A stretch of 64,000 nt of DNA. Source: the human T2T-CHM13v2.0 reference genome, Homo sapiens. Location of the stretch: NCBI RefSeq assembly GCF_009914755.1, contig NC_060946.1. One strand, written 5' to 3'. The notes beneath the pieces are model-generated. The model had not been told where the DNA came from, did not search any database, and saw only the letters and a program-made list of their open reading frames with translations. A program made the translations under genes and the position numbers. Shown one piece after another: positions 30,065 to 47,377 of the stretch. How positions within the stretch are numbered: the stretch's first letter is position 1; each line of letters opens with the position of its first letter.

Positions 30065-30467
30065 GCAGGCGAAATCTCCATTTGTTGTTTTTAATTGCCA
30101 CTATTCAGAATAAAGGGGTTATGTGCCAGTTACTTTTATCCTTATCCTTATATAGAAATTTTATCTTAAGAAATATTAAGTTGATCCCTAACTTGCTGCC
30201 AGTAAAACTTACACATTTAGACATTGACACAGTATGTTTGGTTTTAAGGGGATACTGGTTATTGAATAGACAGGAAAATCATTGTATCAGTTATAGTTAA
30301 GATTCTTTTGTGACTATTTTTCTTCTTTAAGATACATTGAAATTGTAATTTCATCATATGAAGTGAGGCACATGGCATTTGATAAAGTCCATCTGTCTGT
30401 GGACAATCTACTTAGCTTCTCTGTCTGCAAGTTCACTCCTGTTAGAGGAGCATGTTTGAAACTATAA

Positions 30468-30780
<313 letters not shown>

Positions 30781-30965
30781 CCCAAATCGATACTTAATAC
30801 ATGAAGTATGTAAATGTCATTCTCATGTATAAAGAACGTGGTAATATAATATTATATCACATACTGCCATTAAAGGCATTTCATTTTATAATACTGGCTT
30901 CAGAACTCAATCCCCAGTTTGAATAGTAATCTTTTTCAATTTGTGTGAAATAATTTGGTGTCTGA

Positions 30966-31301
<336 letters not shown>

Positions 31302-31330
31302 CTGCAATTTTTACTTTTTAAAAAATGACT

Positions 31331-31623
31331 TGTCCAGGTGTGGTGGCTCATACCTGTAATCCCAACACTTTGGAAGTCTGAGGCAGGAGGATCACTTGAG
31401 GCCAGACGTTTGAGACCAGCCTGGGCAACACAGTGAGACCCTATCTGTATAGAAATTTAAGAATAAAATTAGCTGGATGTGGTGCTGCATACCTGTAGTC
31501 CCAGCTACTCAGGAGGCTGAGGTGGGAGGGTTTCTTAAGCCTTGGATTTCGAGGCCTTAGTGAGTCGTGATCGCATCACGGCTGTCCAGCTTGGGCAAAA
31601 GAACGAGACTCTGTCTCAAAAAA
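31331..31623 (+). mobile_element. AluJ
   Basis: GGATCACTTGAGGCCAG. Confidence 0.88.
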
Positions 31624-32009
31624 CAACTCTCAAAATGCAAAACTACTATATACCATTCACCCATTGTAAATGTATTATGTGATGATTTTGGTAAATTTCT
31701 ACAGTTGTGCCCCCGTCACCACAATACAATTTAAAAACATTTCCATGCCTCCAAAAGATCCCTCCTGCCCATTTGTCGTTACTCTGCTCCCATCCTCAGC
31801 CCCAGACAAACACTCATCTGTCTGTTTCTATCTGCCTTTTCTAGACATTTCATAAAAATGGAATTATACGGTATAAAGTCTGTAGTCTCTTGCATCTGGC
31901 TTCTTTAACTTAGCATAAGGTTTCTGAAGTTAATCCATGTCGTTGTGTGTATCTGTACTTCATTCCTTTTTGTTGCTAAATAGCATTCCATATTATGGAC
32001 AGAGCACAC

Positions 32010-32412
<403 letters not shown>

Positions 32413-32982
32413 TAGAGCAATGCTACCATAAACATTTGTGTACAAGTATTTTATGGACATATGTTTTCATTTCTCTTGAGTCTTTACCTAGGAGTGGAAT
32501 TGCTGGGTTGTATGGCAAATTTGTGTTTAACTTTTTAAGAAATTACCAAATTGCTTTTCAAAGTGGCTGTACTGTTTTACATTCCCACCATCAATTTATG
32601 AGCATTCCAGGTTTACTATATCCTCACCAATACTTGTTGTTACCCGTCTTTTTTGTATCCATTTGAATGGATAGGAAGTGGTATCTTGTTGTGGTCTTGA
32701 TTTGTGATTCTCCAGTAGTTAATGATATTAAACATGTTTGTGCTAATTAGTTATTTGTATATCTTCTTTAGTAAAATGTCTACTTAAATCTTTTACCCAT
32801 CCTGAAATTTGGATTGTCTTTATGTTATTTGTTGTTTATGTATGATTTACAAATGTTTTCTTCTGGTTGGTGGCTGGAATCCAGTCTCTTTCATTTTCCT
32901 AATGGTGACTTTTGAAGCACAGGTTTTATTTTTGAAGTCCAATTTATACATTTTTTTCTTTTATGACTCATAGTTTAGTGTC

Positions 32983-33282
32983 TTTTTTTTTTTTTTTTTT
33001 TGAGATGGAGTCTCACTCTGTCACTCAGGCTGGAGTACAGTGGTGCAATCTGGGCTCACTGAAACCTCCACCTACCAGGTTCAAGTGATTCTCCTGTCTC
33101 AGCCTCCAGAGTAGCTGGGATTACAGGAGCACACCACCACACCCAGCTAATTTTTTATATTTCAGTAGAGACGGGTTTTCACCACATGGCCCAGGCTGGT
33201 CACGATCTCTTGAGCTCAGGCAATCCACCCGCCTCGGCCTCCCAAAGTGCTAGGATTACAGGTGTGAGCCACCAAGCCCGGC
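32983..33282 (-). mobile_element. AluS
   Basis: TSD TTTAGTGTC. Confidence 0.92.
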
Positions 33283-35255
33283 CTTTAGTGTCATATTTAA
33301 GAGCTTTTTGCCTAACAAATTTGCAAAGGTTTTCTTCTGTTTTTCTTCTAGTAGTTTTATTGTTTTAGCTCTTATATCTTGGTCTGTGGTCGAATTTGAG
33401 TATATTTTTGTCTGTGGTGTAAAGCAAGGTCTAAATCTATCTTTTTTGCATGTGGATATCCGATTTTGTGTTTCTCATTAAATTTGTTCCCAAGTATTTT
33501 AATCTTTTTGATGCTATTGTGAATGGAATTGTTTTATTTATTTTAATTTTGGTTGTTCATTGCAAGTACATGGAAATAGAATGAGTTTTTTTGTAGTGAT
33601 CTTGTATCCAGTGATCTTCCTGAATTAGTTTATCAGTTCTAGTAAGGTATGTCTGCATGTGTGTGTGTGTTTGTGTGTGTGTGTGTATTCCTTAGAATTT
33701 TTTATGTATTGAATCCTATCTGAATAAAAAGAGTTTTACTTCTTTGTTTCCAGTCTGGTGTCTTTTATTTCCTTTCAGTTTTTACTTTTCACTTTAATTT
33801 CTTAAATGTTTTTTAAGTTGGTCTCAAACATATTTAGCATGATATCAAAGAACATTTACCTAGAAATAATACATAAATTATATTTGACATTTAGGGCCAA
33901 GGCATAAGAAATGTACTTGCTGTGGGCTTTGAAAGCAAAGTGTATGTTTCATTATAAAAAGAATACATTGATAAAAACAGAAACTACTACCTCTAAAAGT
34001 TAAAAAAAAAAAAAATCTGAGCAGTTTCTATAATAATAAAGATGGATGTAGATAGACCACAGATGCTTATTTTAAAAATTTGGTAATTATTAAAAAAAAC
34101 CCCAAAATACTAAAAAACAAACTAAAACATTTTAGGATCACTTTTTTGTCAGTTTCAATGAATAAACTTGCCACTCGATTTCATCATTTGTAAAATTATT
34201 GCTTGACATGTTTAATATCTAAAATATAACATAGATGGTTAAAAGCTGAAAACATGTATAAGTCAGCAGCTTTGGATTCAAAAGTTGAGGTTAAATTACA
34301 GCAAATAGAGCCGTCTTGCATAAGGTTGTAGAGAGGGAACTGTTATCCTGGGAACCAACTTCAACTTTGTTTTCCTCTGTGTTCCTACCTTTGTTTGGAA
34401 GTGTTTGTTTCTGTCACAGTGAAGGGCCTCCCCTGACAGATCCCCTGATTGACAGTGACACAGTCAGTTCCCACCCTGCCTTATCTGTAAGAGTTCTCTA
34501 GCCAGAGCAACCACAGCCTCAGAGAAGAAAAACCTGGGGCCCTATTCAATTCTGCATCCATTATCCATGCCTTTGTGGAGACTTTTCCTGAGGGAAAGAG
34601 TTAAAGAGGCACGTAAACTTTCAAACAGCAGAGACCAACAGTGGACTAAGCACAGCGAATTGGATTTTCTGTTGAAGAGGCAGTGCAGTGGCCGGGTTCA
34701 GGCAGTAACGGGAGCCTGGGGGACTTAGGGTCACAGCCTCTGCACAGTTTCAACTTGGGTTTCCTAATAAAAATGCTGCCCAGAGAGGAAAGACACTAGG
34801 GTAGAGGAAAAGCTGTTTCTTACAAACCTACTGGCAAGTCCGTCTTCTTTTCAGCTGACTTCATCACCTGTGTTGGACTAAACAAGTCTGGGCATCAGCT
34901 CCTGGTGCTGGAGTCTGCCTGGGCTGGGAGCCGCCACATGCCCCCGCAGTGCAGCCTCTGCAGCTCTGAACATTTGGGACATCTGAGCATTTTGGGTTAA
35001 AAAGGATAAAAAGAGGAGAAAAAGGCTAAACCAGTTCTATGGGAAAATTTGGTTGTCTTCTTTTTTTTTTTTTAAACCCAGCTTAGTAGGGCTGGTTTTC
35101 CTTCTTAAAATTATCATTCAAGTTCAAAGACCAGCCATAATTATCATCGCCCCACCCAAAAAAAAATTCAGAAAAGCTACATTTTACTGGAAAAGCACAA
35201 TCCTTTAATATCTACTAATCACTAGAAACTATAGGAGCACTGATTTGCCAGCTAG

Positions 35256-35597
<342 letters not shown>

Positions 35598-36739
35598 TAA
35601 ATTTTTACTGCTTAATTTTCCCAGAGCTCTTCTGAGTGTGTGATTGGAATACTATTAGTCCATAATTGGATTTACTATTAGTTTAAGACAGTGATGCTAC
35701 CTGTGTACTAGACACTTCAGTGAGTATTTTATGTGCTGGTAAAATATGATCAAGCTTGCACAACTCCCAGGTGGCAGAGCCAGAGTTGGAAGTCATGTGC
35801 TTTTTCTGCCTATAACCAGCAAAATTTAGTGTGGAAATTAGCATGCATATGAAGTTCTTTAAAAAAATGACATATCAACTGTATAATTTTTATTTCCTAT
35901 ATAATAATACTAAAATCCAGGATTTGGCAGCTGTGCACAAAGATCTCTCTGTAGCTGGTCTACTTTATGTGCTTTGCTGAAGGGGACATTCAATCAAATA
36001 TATTTGAGTCCTTCACTGGGAATGTCTCTTTAAACAAAAAGGCACATGGAGAAGACTAAGACAGAAGGCTCCCATCCCTAACCAGCTCACCCTGCAAAAG
36101 ATGGACAGCAAAATGTGTGTGGAAGTGCACAGACCTCTGACATTCCAGTACTGAACAGTTGTTAAGTGTGTTTACTATCGCCAAGCAGCCCCTGAGATTC
36201 CCAGAAGAGCCTACTGGTCATTTTCCTGAGGCACGAATTTAAATCCTAAAGCAAACGTGGGGAAGTTATTCTCTTAGCCAAGAGGTAAGCCTTGCTGATC
36301 AGCCAGCCTCTGCAGCTAAACTCAACTTTGTAGCTCTCTCTCTGCCAGTGTCCACGTATTTTCGGAAAAAAAAATTATATGCTCTGTCAATATTAGCAAA
36401 TGTGGGATCTTAATTTATGTTGCTAGAGAATGCCAAGGACCTATGAAACAGCACCTCTGCTGGAAAAGTTCTCTGTAAACTTTTTGAACTGACAGTGGGG
36501 GACGATGGGGCTGTTTTAGGATTTTAAGAGCCCTCAATTGGTTTTGAAATTCAAGGTGGTGCTGCATTGTCATAATATCTTCTGGTTTTAGATTTTTTTG
36601 GAGATAGCTTTTCTGATGGTTTTACACCTTGTCTTTGATTTATTTTAGTATTTCTACTTCTAGTCAAAGTTAAAACCAGGAAATACAGAGATGTGCTGTG
36701 GGGGTGATGGTTAAGCTTTGTTTGAAACTTGTTGCTCAA

Positions 36740-37533
36740 CATTCAGTTGTTCGTTTAATAAATTTAACTATGTGCCATACCTTTCTCCTAAGCACTGGGG
36801 AATCCCTTAGGGAACAAAAGCAGAAATCCACACCCTTATGGAGTTAACTCCTCCTTCTCGGGGGAGAAAGATCCACAAATACATACTGTCCACAAGGGGG
36901 TAAATCTCAAGGAGGGTAGAAGAGCTGCGAAGAGAGGCAGGGAGTGCTCGTGCACATGGTGGCTTTAAACAGGGTGTTTTAAGAAGGTGCCATTCATAAG
37001 GACAATTGAGCAAAGTCCTCTGGGAGAGGAGGGGCCGAGCCCCTGTGGATTTATCTGGGGGAAGAGTACCCAGGTGAAGTGTTGAGCAGGGCAAAGACCC
37101 TAAGGCTGGAACCTCAGGGTTGAGGCACAGCAAGGAGGCCAGGGGGCTGCAGGGCAGGGAGTACAGTGGGAGTTGGGGTGAGGGTGGAGAGTGGCCAGGC
37201 CCTTGAGGCCCTTGTGAGGGTTTCTGCTCTTACCCAGAGTGAGGTGGGACATAGGGAAGTTTGAGAGTTGGGATGGCATAATCTGACTCAAGTGCTCCTG
37301 GATCAGTCTGGCCGATGGGGAGGCATGGGCCAGGGAGGTTGTGTTAGTCCTGTCTCACACTGCTGTAAAGGACTGCTTGAGACTGAGTAACTTATGAAGA
37401 AAAGAGGTTTAATTGACTCACATTTCCACAGGCCTAAGAGGAAGCATGACTGGGAGGCCTCAGGAAACTTACAGTCATGGCAGAAGGCAAAGGGGATGCA
37501 AGCACCTTCTTCACATGGCGGCAGGAGAGAGAG

Positions 37534-37570
<37 letters not shown>

Positions 37571-37880
37571 CGAGGTGCCACACGCTGTTAAACCATCAGA
37601 TCTTGTGGCAACTCACTCTCATGAGAACAGCAAGGAGGAAATCCGTGCCCATGACCCAGTCACCTTCCACCAGGCCCCTCCTTCAACATTGGGGATTATA
37701 ATTCAACATGGGATTTGGGCATGGACATACATCCAAAACATTTCAGAGACCTCTTAGAAAGCTAAAGGCTGTGAGAGACGATGCTGGCCTTTAGACCATT
37801 GGGGTTGCCGTGGAAGTAGAGAGAAGTCATGGAATTCCCAGTTTTGAAGATAGAGTCAATAGATTTGTAAGAAATTATGT
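36740..37880 (-). mobile_element. L2 interrupted by an MST LTR
   Basis: CAACATTCAGTTGTTCGTTTAATAAAT start, purine-rich antisense L2 body. Confidence 0.65.
37340..37745 (-). mobile_element. MSTA-like MaLR LTR with internal (GA)n
   Basis: TGTGTTAGTCC...AGGAAGCATGACTGGGAGGCCTCAGGAAACTTAC...CATCCAAAACATTTCA. Confidence 0.88.
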
Positions 37881-38669
37881 TGCAGTACAAAAAAGGGTTG
37901 TGGGGAGAAGTGGTTTGCTGGGGACACTTGTCCTCAGGTCTAAAGATAAAGGAGAGGTTTTGATAAGAGGTTGAGACTGTAGGGCGATGATGTTGTTTAT
38001 GCCTCTTGGAATTAAAGTAACTTGATTTGCACAGTGGGCCATTTGCTGGAGTATTGTCACACCTCCTTTGCATTCTAGCTGGTGCTTTGAGGTCAGCATT
38101 AAGCTAAGAGCTTTGTCCTGAGGCTGATAGCTTTTTGCTAGATGAACAGAGAAGATTCTTACGGGTGTGAATCAGGAGTGAAATCCCAGCTGGGACAGAG
38201 AGAGTCCTTCTAGGCCCCCAGAGAGTCTGTTTATAACATTGGAGCACAAAAAGAGAAACTAGGACAACTTTTTAAAGAAGCACATATTCTTACCTTATAC
38301 GATGCACTTACTCTCCAAAGAAATATATATTTTTTTAGTTTAAATCATTGTCAGCCTTTGGAATTTGCTCTTTAGGAATTCATTTCCTTGTCTTAAAATT
38401 ATGGCTATTTAAGAAGATTGAAATTAGTTGTTTTTGGCTTCTGCTTTTCAGCCAGCAGTTGAGTTCCGAATTGGTGACAGAAAAGAACTTGAAATGGAAT
38501 AGCTTGCTGGGAATAGTGATTTTGGCCCTTTCTCTCAGTGTTGCCTTTTAGTTTATTTTCAGAATATACCCGATTTCCTATTCATGAGGTACCAAATACA
38601 AGAATCCAATGTTATTTTTTTCTCGTTTACTAATAAATGTGCTCTGTACTTGTATTCTTACTTTTTAAA

Positions 38670-39890
<1,221 letters not shown>

Positions 39891-40632
39891 TGTTTCCAGG
39901 AACCTCTGCATCCCTGAACTCTTGATGCCCTCACCTCAGCAAGACCACCAAGGTCTGCTTGGGTGTCCCTCCTAGCGCTGCAGTTCAGTGCAGTTGACCA
40001 CTGTCCTAAGGTACCTCTAGGCCAAGAGCCAGCTCATCCTGGGATCCTCCTAGTTTATTTTCCTTCTCTGAAAGACCGCAACCCTTTCCATGTCTGAAAA
40101 CAGTTATTTCATAGAACTTTTCTCTCTAGCTTCCTGGCTGGTCATGGTGAGAGATTAAGTCTGGTCCTTATTATTGTATTATGCCCTTGAAGTATAATTT
40201 CATTTTTGAAATATTTGGCTCTTGGTGAGAAAATTTGATAAATACTTGAAACTGAGACTCCCTGTAAAATCCTAGACATATAGCGCCTTTGTTATAACTT
40301 CATGGTGCAACACAAACATGATGGTTGGCTTCCAGGTTACCCATAACAGCACAGGTAAGTCTAAGAAGCTTTAGAAAAGGCTGTATCCATACAGTTTGGG
40401 TCATGATAACAGTTAATGAGCCCCTTGGTGCTCAGTGCTCTACATACGTGATCTCATTTAGTCTTCAGAATGACCCTGTGCAGATCATTCTTGGCCCCCT
40501 TTTACAGGCAAGGAGCCGAGCCTCAGAGGTGAAGGGATTTGCCTGGTGTCTTGCACATAGTGATGGGCTGAGGTGGAGTCTACCACACTCCAAGCTAAAG
40601 CTTTTGACCACTATACTAAGCTGAGTAAGGAG

Positions 40633-40936
40633 TTTTTGTTGTCGTTGTTTTCGATAAAGGGTCTTGCTCTGTTGCCCAAGCTGGAGTTTAGTGGCGTGAT
40701 CATAGCTCACTGCTGCCTCGAACTCCTGGACTCATGTGATCTTCCCATCTCAGCCTCCAGGGTAGCTAGGACTACAGGTGCACACGATCATACCTGGCTA
40801 GTTTTTTTTTTTTTTTTTTTTTTTTGTAGAGATAGGATCTGGCTGTTGCCCAGGCTGGTTTCGAACTCCTGGCTTCAAGTGATCCTCCTACCCTAGCCTC
40901 CCAAAATGCTGGGATTATGAGCCACTGAGCCAGACC
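40633..40936 (-). mobile_element. AluJ (antisense MIR just upstream, ~40410-40620)
   Basis: GATCATAGCTCACTG, long T linker. Confidence 0.88.
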
Positions 40937-41155
40937 AAACTAAGTATTTGAAATGTCTTAAGGGGCAGCAGCAGGTTAGGTGGTGCTGGAACATCTATGA
41001 AGTGGTTGGTTTCTTCCTGAGGTAGCTACTTGTTGCCAGGAGAAAGCATTATGATTCATTTCTCACAGAAAGTGGTTCCCTCTCCCCCTTCTCTCTTCCT
41101 TTACTCTCTCCTGCTCCTCACATTCCTTCCTTTACTCTTCCTTTCCTTTGTCTTT

Positions 41156-41159
<4 letters not shown>

Positions 41160-41207
<48 letters not shown>
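41160..41207. repeat. (TG)n microsatellite, ~24 units
   Basis: Perfect TG run. Confidence 0.97.
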
Positions 41208-41208
<1 letters not shown>

Positions 41209-41752
41209 TTTTAAGGAGTGGAGAGTTTAATAGGCAAGAAGGAAGGGAGAAGGAAGAAGCTCCCCTGTACAGAGACAGAGGGAGGGGCGCTTCAAAGCCA
41301 AGAGAGGGAACCCCAAATGGGGCGGAAACCAGCCAGGTGTATATATAGAGAGGCTGGAGAAGGCAGTGTCTGTTTTGCACAGGGCTCGGGATTGGTTTGA
41401 CCAGGCCTGTCTTTCACATAGCCCGCGAAAAAGCTGGCCCTCCCACCCTAGCCTTTTAATATGCAAATGCAGGGCACCATGATGTTCTGCACACGTGGGG
41501 ATATGTGAGGGCCATTAGGTTGCCAGGAACATGTTGGGCAAGGGCAAGAAGTCCCGCAGGGATTGTGGGGATTGTCGTGTTGGGTGGACCTAGTTTCTAA
41601 TTGCCTGCATTTGCATATCAAAGGTTGCCAGCCCGGCTCTAAGAGCAGGGGCTTTACAAGAAGCTTTTCCCAAGAGGCTTTAAAAAATGAAAACTTCCCA
41701 AAACTTTTCCTCCTTGTCTGCCTAAAATACTTTCTTAATAACTCCTACAACA
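41206..41752 (-). mobile_element. MER61-like ERV1 3' LTR (U3-R only)
   Basis: Minus strand begins TGTTGTAGGAGTTATTAAGAAA, after the polypurine tract GGGAGGAA. ATTAAA at 41226-41231. Confidence 0.78.
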
Positions 41753-43174
41753 TTCCTCCCAGTGGAGACGCCCCACTAGCTGCTGTTAGGAGGTTTTGGG
41801 CGACAACTCTTTCTGGCTACTTCCTGCAGAAAAGGGGTGTTGAATGGGGAACAGCAGCTAGGCCTCCTCCTGGAGTCCATCTAAGGGTCCTCAGAAGAAT
41901 GGCGTGTCCTTGTGTGGTTCAGTTGACAGCACCGTTTGGAGTTTGATTGCTGCTAGGCAAGAAGAAACAATTTGAGTTGTAGTATTGAGTATACAGAGTC
42001 CAAATATCAATACAAGACATATCAGTAAGAGGGGGCTTAATAAAGGGGTTAACGAATTCCATCAAGAAGACTGGAATTTATTAAAGAGGGATTGTAGCCA
42101 CTCGGGACTGAAGCCAGCATTTTCCTTGAGCCTGTCAATAATTTTGATTTGATCTTTAAGTACCTGTAGATTTTCCTTTACTATACTAGAGGTGTTCATC
42201 CAAAAGCAGCATGTTTCATTTAAAAGTGCGTCACTAGACCCAATAAAAAGTCCTAGCAGACTTAGTGATAGTAAAACTTTCATGCTTCCTTTTTGTTAGT
42301 AACTATTATCCCTGCTATAGAGATAGTAGAGTGAGGACAGCAATTCCCACAAGTGTGGTGTGGTAGGTAATTTCCATCTAAAATTTTACTTGCCAACATA
42401 TAGAATTCCCCTTTGGGGGTCTGTGAAGTTCCTTGGTTTTATTTTCCCAAACAAAGAAACCTCTGGGTTATGGGCACCTTACTCACTTTCATTACCTGGC
42501 AGAATTTGCAAGATAATTGCCCAGAACTAGTATATTGATTCACATGTTTACGTTACCCATCCCTATTTTTTCTTTTTTTCAAGCTGCAGAAGATCACCAT
42601 TTGATTCACAGGAATAGGCAGAGTTAGTCTAAAATGTAGGCAAAAAGCTTAAAAACAATTAGTGAGACTAGGATTTAATGACAAATATATGATAACCTTT
42701 GGAGCAAAATTTTTCTCTCCAGTCCTCATTTTTGGTAAAAACTAATTATGAATAAACTTTAGTCTTATACTTGGCCTGATTATTTGCATAAAGGGCAGCA
42801 AGAATGGTTATTTTTACATGGACCTTTTGGATTAGCTTTGATGAAACTCTATTCCACAAGGAATCTTAGACAAGACCCTTAAAGTTGAGCCCAGCCATGG
42901 GTTTGTATCCTCAAATACCTGTGAGTTGGGTGATCCTCTCCTCTTGAGGTCCCAAGATAAACTGGGAGCTCCCAGACCTGTTAGAAAGTGACATTCTTTA
43001 CTGACCACAGGTTAGGAACCCTGTGCAGAGACTATAGACAAGGTATGGGGCCAGTTCTCCCCAAGGGGCTTTTATTGGCTCTACATGTTAAGCTTGATTC
43101 CTTAAAGGGAAACACACTGTTTCAGTTAAAGCCTTGGTAAAATAACCAGTTTTTCCAACTGTGTCCTGTTGGCA
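41753..43174 (-). mobile_element. MER4-group/MER61 ERV internal fragment with env TM remnant
   Basis: ORF 42062-42283 contains ALLNETCCFWMNTSS, a decayed CX6CC env transmembrane-subunit motif. Contiguous with the LTR through the PPT. Confidence 0.8.
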
Positions 43175-44088
43175 TCCTTTGCCTTTTTTTTCTTTAAACC
43201 CCTCCTCTCTTTGTCAAAATAGCAATAAGATCCCCAGCAGAAGAGAATGAAATCAAAACTGACCCCACTTGAATTCATGAAACCACAGAATGTTAGGCCT
43301 AAGTGAAACCTCAGAGTCTATGCATTCCAGCCCCTTCATTTGATTGATGACGAAACTAAGGAACACTGGCAGAGAAGTGAGTTGGTAGAACCATGCAGCT
43401 TGTCGGTGTGCAGCAGGTCCTGGAATGCAGGGAACACTGACCTTGGGCGGGATGCGGGGATCAGCTCCCTCAGCGTCTGAGGGTATCAGCCAGATCATAG
43501 CGTTTGCTGTGCAGTGGGATCGTGAAGAGCCAGGACCTGAAGGAGACCGAGTAGCGCTTACATAGGTTAGTTGTTTAGGGGACATTTCTTTGAGGATGTG
43601 ATCAGGGGATCATGTGGAGCAGCGTCGTCATCAGCCAGGGCAAGAGGGAGTGCAGTGTGTTTCAGAAACTGCCAGAAGGCCCACGCAGGCAGCTCCTGAT
43701 GAGAGAAAAGAGGGGAGGCAGGGAACTGCGCAGGAGCCAGGGTTTTGAGTGTGATGGGAAGCTCTGGTGGGTCTTGACCAGGCCCGATGTATGTTTTAAG
43801 ATCATTCTAGCCTCTTTATGAAGAATGAATTGCTGGGATCAGAGTGGGAGCATGGAAACAGGAAGAAGAATCTGGAGACCCCTGTCGCATTTAGGAAGTC
43901 GCCAAAGGTGGCTTTTGTTAGAGTAAGAGCAGCAGAGATGTAAGAATGGGTGGCCTGGGACATATTCTGGAGCCAGAACTGAATAGGGAAGAGAAGACTC
44001 AAGGAGTAGTTCAATGCCATAGTTTGGGGGTAAGTGTATACATAGTTTCTGTAATTTAGGGGAATAAATACATTCTATAAAGCATATT

Positions 44089-44390
<302 letters not shown>

Positions 44391-45430
44391 ATACTTTCGT
44401 AAGTTATTCAAAACTATAGAAGGAGAGGAGCTAGCTAATGCGCAGAAAGATGAAATGACGAGACAGAGTGATGCGGCTACGATGGCATTGGGCCTTCCTA
44501 ATTCCCGCCGTGTAAGCCCCTGCCTTTGGCTTGTGCTGCTCTCTGTCTCCTGTGTCCTTGTTTGCATCTGTCCCTTCCCACAAGTAACCTCTGCACTTAC
44601 TTGATGGCACAGCTTTGGTGCAGCCTTAGTGAGCCAGCTCATTTCAGTTCTGTGGTTTCGTTTCATAATGAGTGATTGTTTCTAGTGTAATGTGTTGCCC
44701 TTGCCTCTACCAGAACAGATCAAATACCTCACTAATTATCTCCTCCCTGACCAGAAAAACACAAACTAAGAAACCTACACACCTGTATTCATGCACACGC
44801 ACATATGCACATGCACACCTGGTGTCCTTTCCTCCCTTTCTATTGACATTAATGACACCGCTGTTCTCCAAGCTGTCCAGGATTCAAAGCTCTGAAGCCT
44901 CGCTGATGCCTTCTCGTCCTTGTCTCTCCTGCCCCATCATCCTCCATTTCCACCACAGCCACTTTAATTATGCCATTATTACTCTGACCCAGATAGTTCA
45001 GGACCTTCCTAACTGGCTATCCTATATTAATTTTTTTCTTTCTCCAGCCCTTTTGTTAAACTTTTAATTTTTGCTGGGAAACATAGCCTCCGGCCAGGAG
45101 TCAGGATCAGGCACTTCCAATCTCCAGCTCTTTTCCTGTTATCCGGCAGTCTGAAAACATAGTCTGGTCACGGTGTGATTGCATTCCGAAGCTTTCCTAA
45201 GCCCCCACTGCAGGGTGCAGTCAGCTTGTTCCTGTCACTCAGGTACCCAGAACTTGCCTCCATCTTTTTTTTCCTTATCTTTTAATTTCAGCGTTCATTG
45301 TGAACATGCGTCATGCTCCTGGCACCCCGCATCTGCTTTCAGTCTGTCTCCCTCTGTGGAAGGCCACCTCCTTTCCTATGCTCTTCAGAGAGATTCACCA
45401 TTCAAGGATTAGCTTAAAACCCTGATTTCT

Positions 45431-45733
<303 letters not shown>

Positions 45734-46063
45734 AAAACCCTGATTTCTGACTATGAATAATCTCTTTTGATGTTCCTGCTCTACTCATTGTCTGTAGCAT
45801 TCATTTGGCGCTTACTGTGGAAAGTATAGTACTGTGAGGTGCCTCTTTAATGTTTCCCAACTGATCCTTGAGATCAAAGCTCATCTCTGACGCTATTTTC
45901 TCTTTGTAATTCTAAAGCTTCTAGTTCAGTATTTTACACATCTGAGGAATTGACTCTTCTTTTTTGGTTAACTTTCTGTTTCCGCACACAATGATTTTAA
46001 CTGCCATTAGTATCAAACTGTTATTTGCAGCATTTAATATAAAGAGTGTATATTAGATGATGA

Positions 46064-47377
<1,314 letters not shown>

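Noticed and set aside
41527-41546. Full p53 response element in the MER61-like LTR
   Set aside because: Only one good half-site. The adjacent GGGCAAGGGC lacks the YYY end.
42062-42283. Env ORF as a domesticated syncytin-like gene
   Set aside because: Only a 73-aa remnant. The first Cys of CX6CC is lost, and there is no signal peptide, SU, fusion peptide or in-frame membrane anchor.
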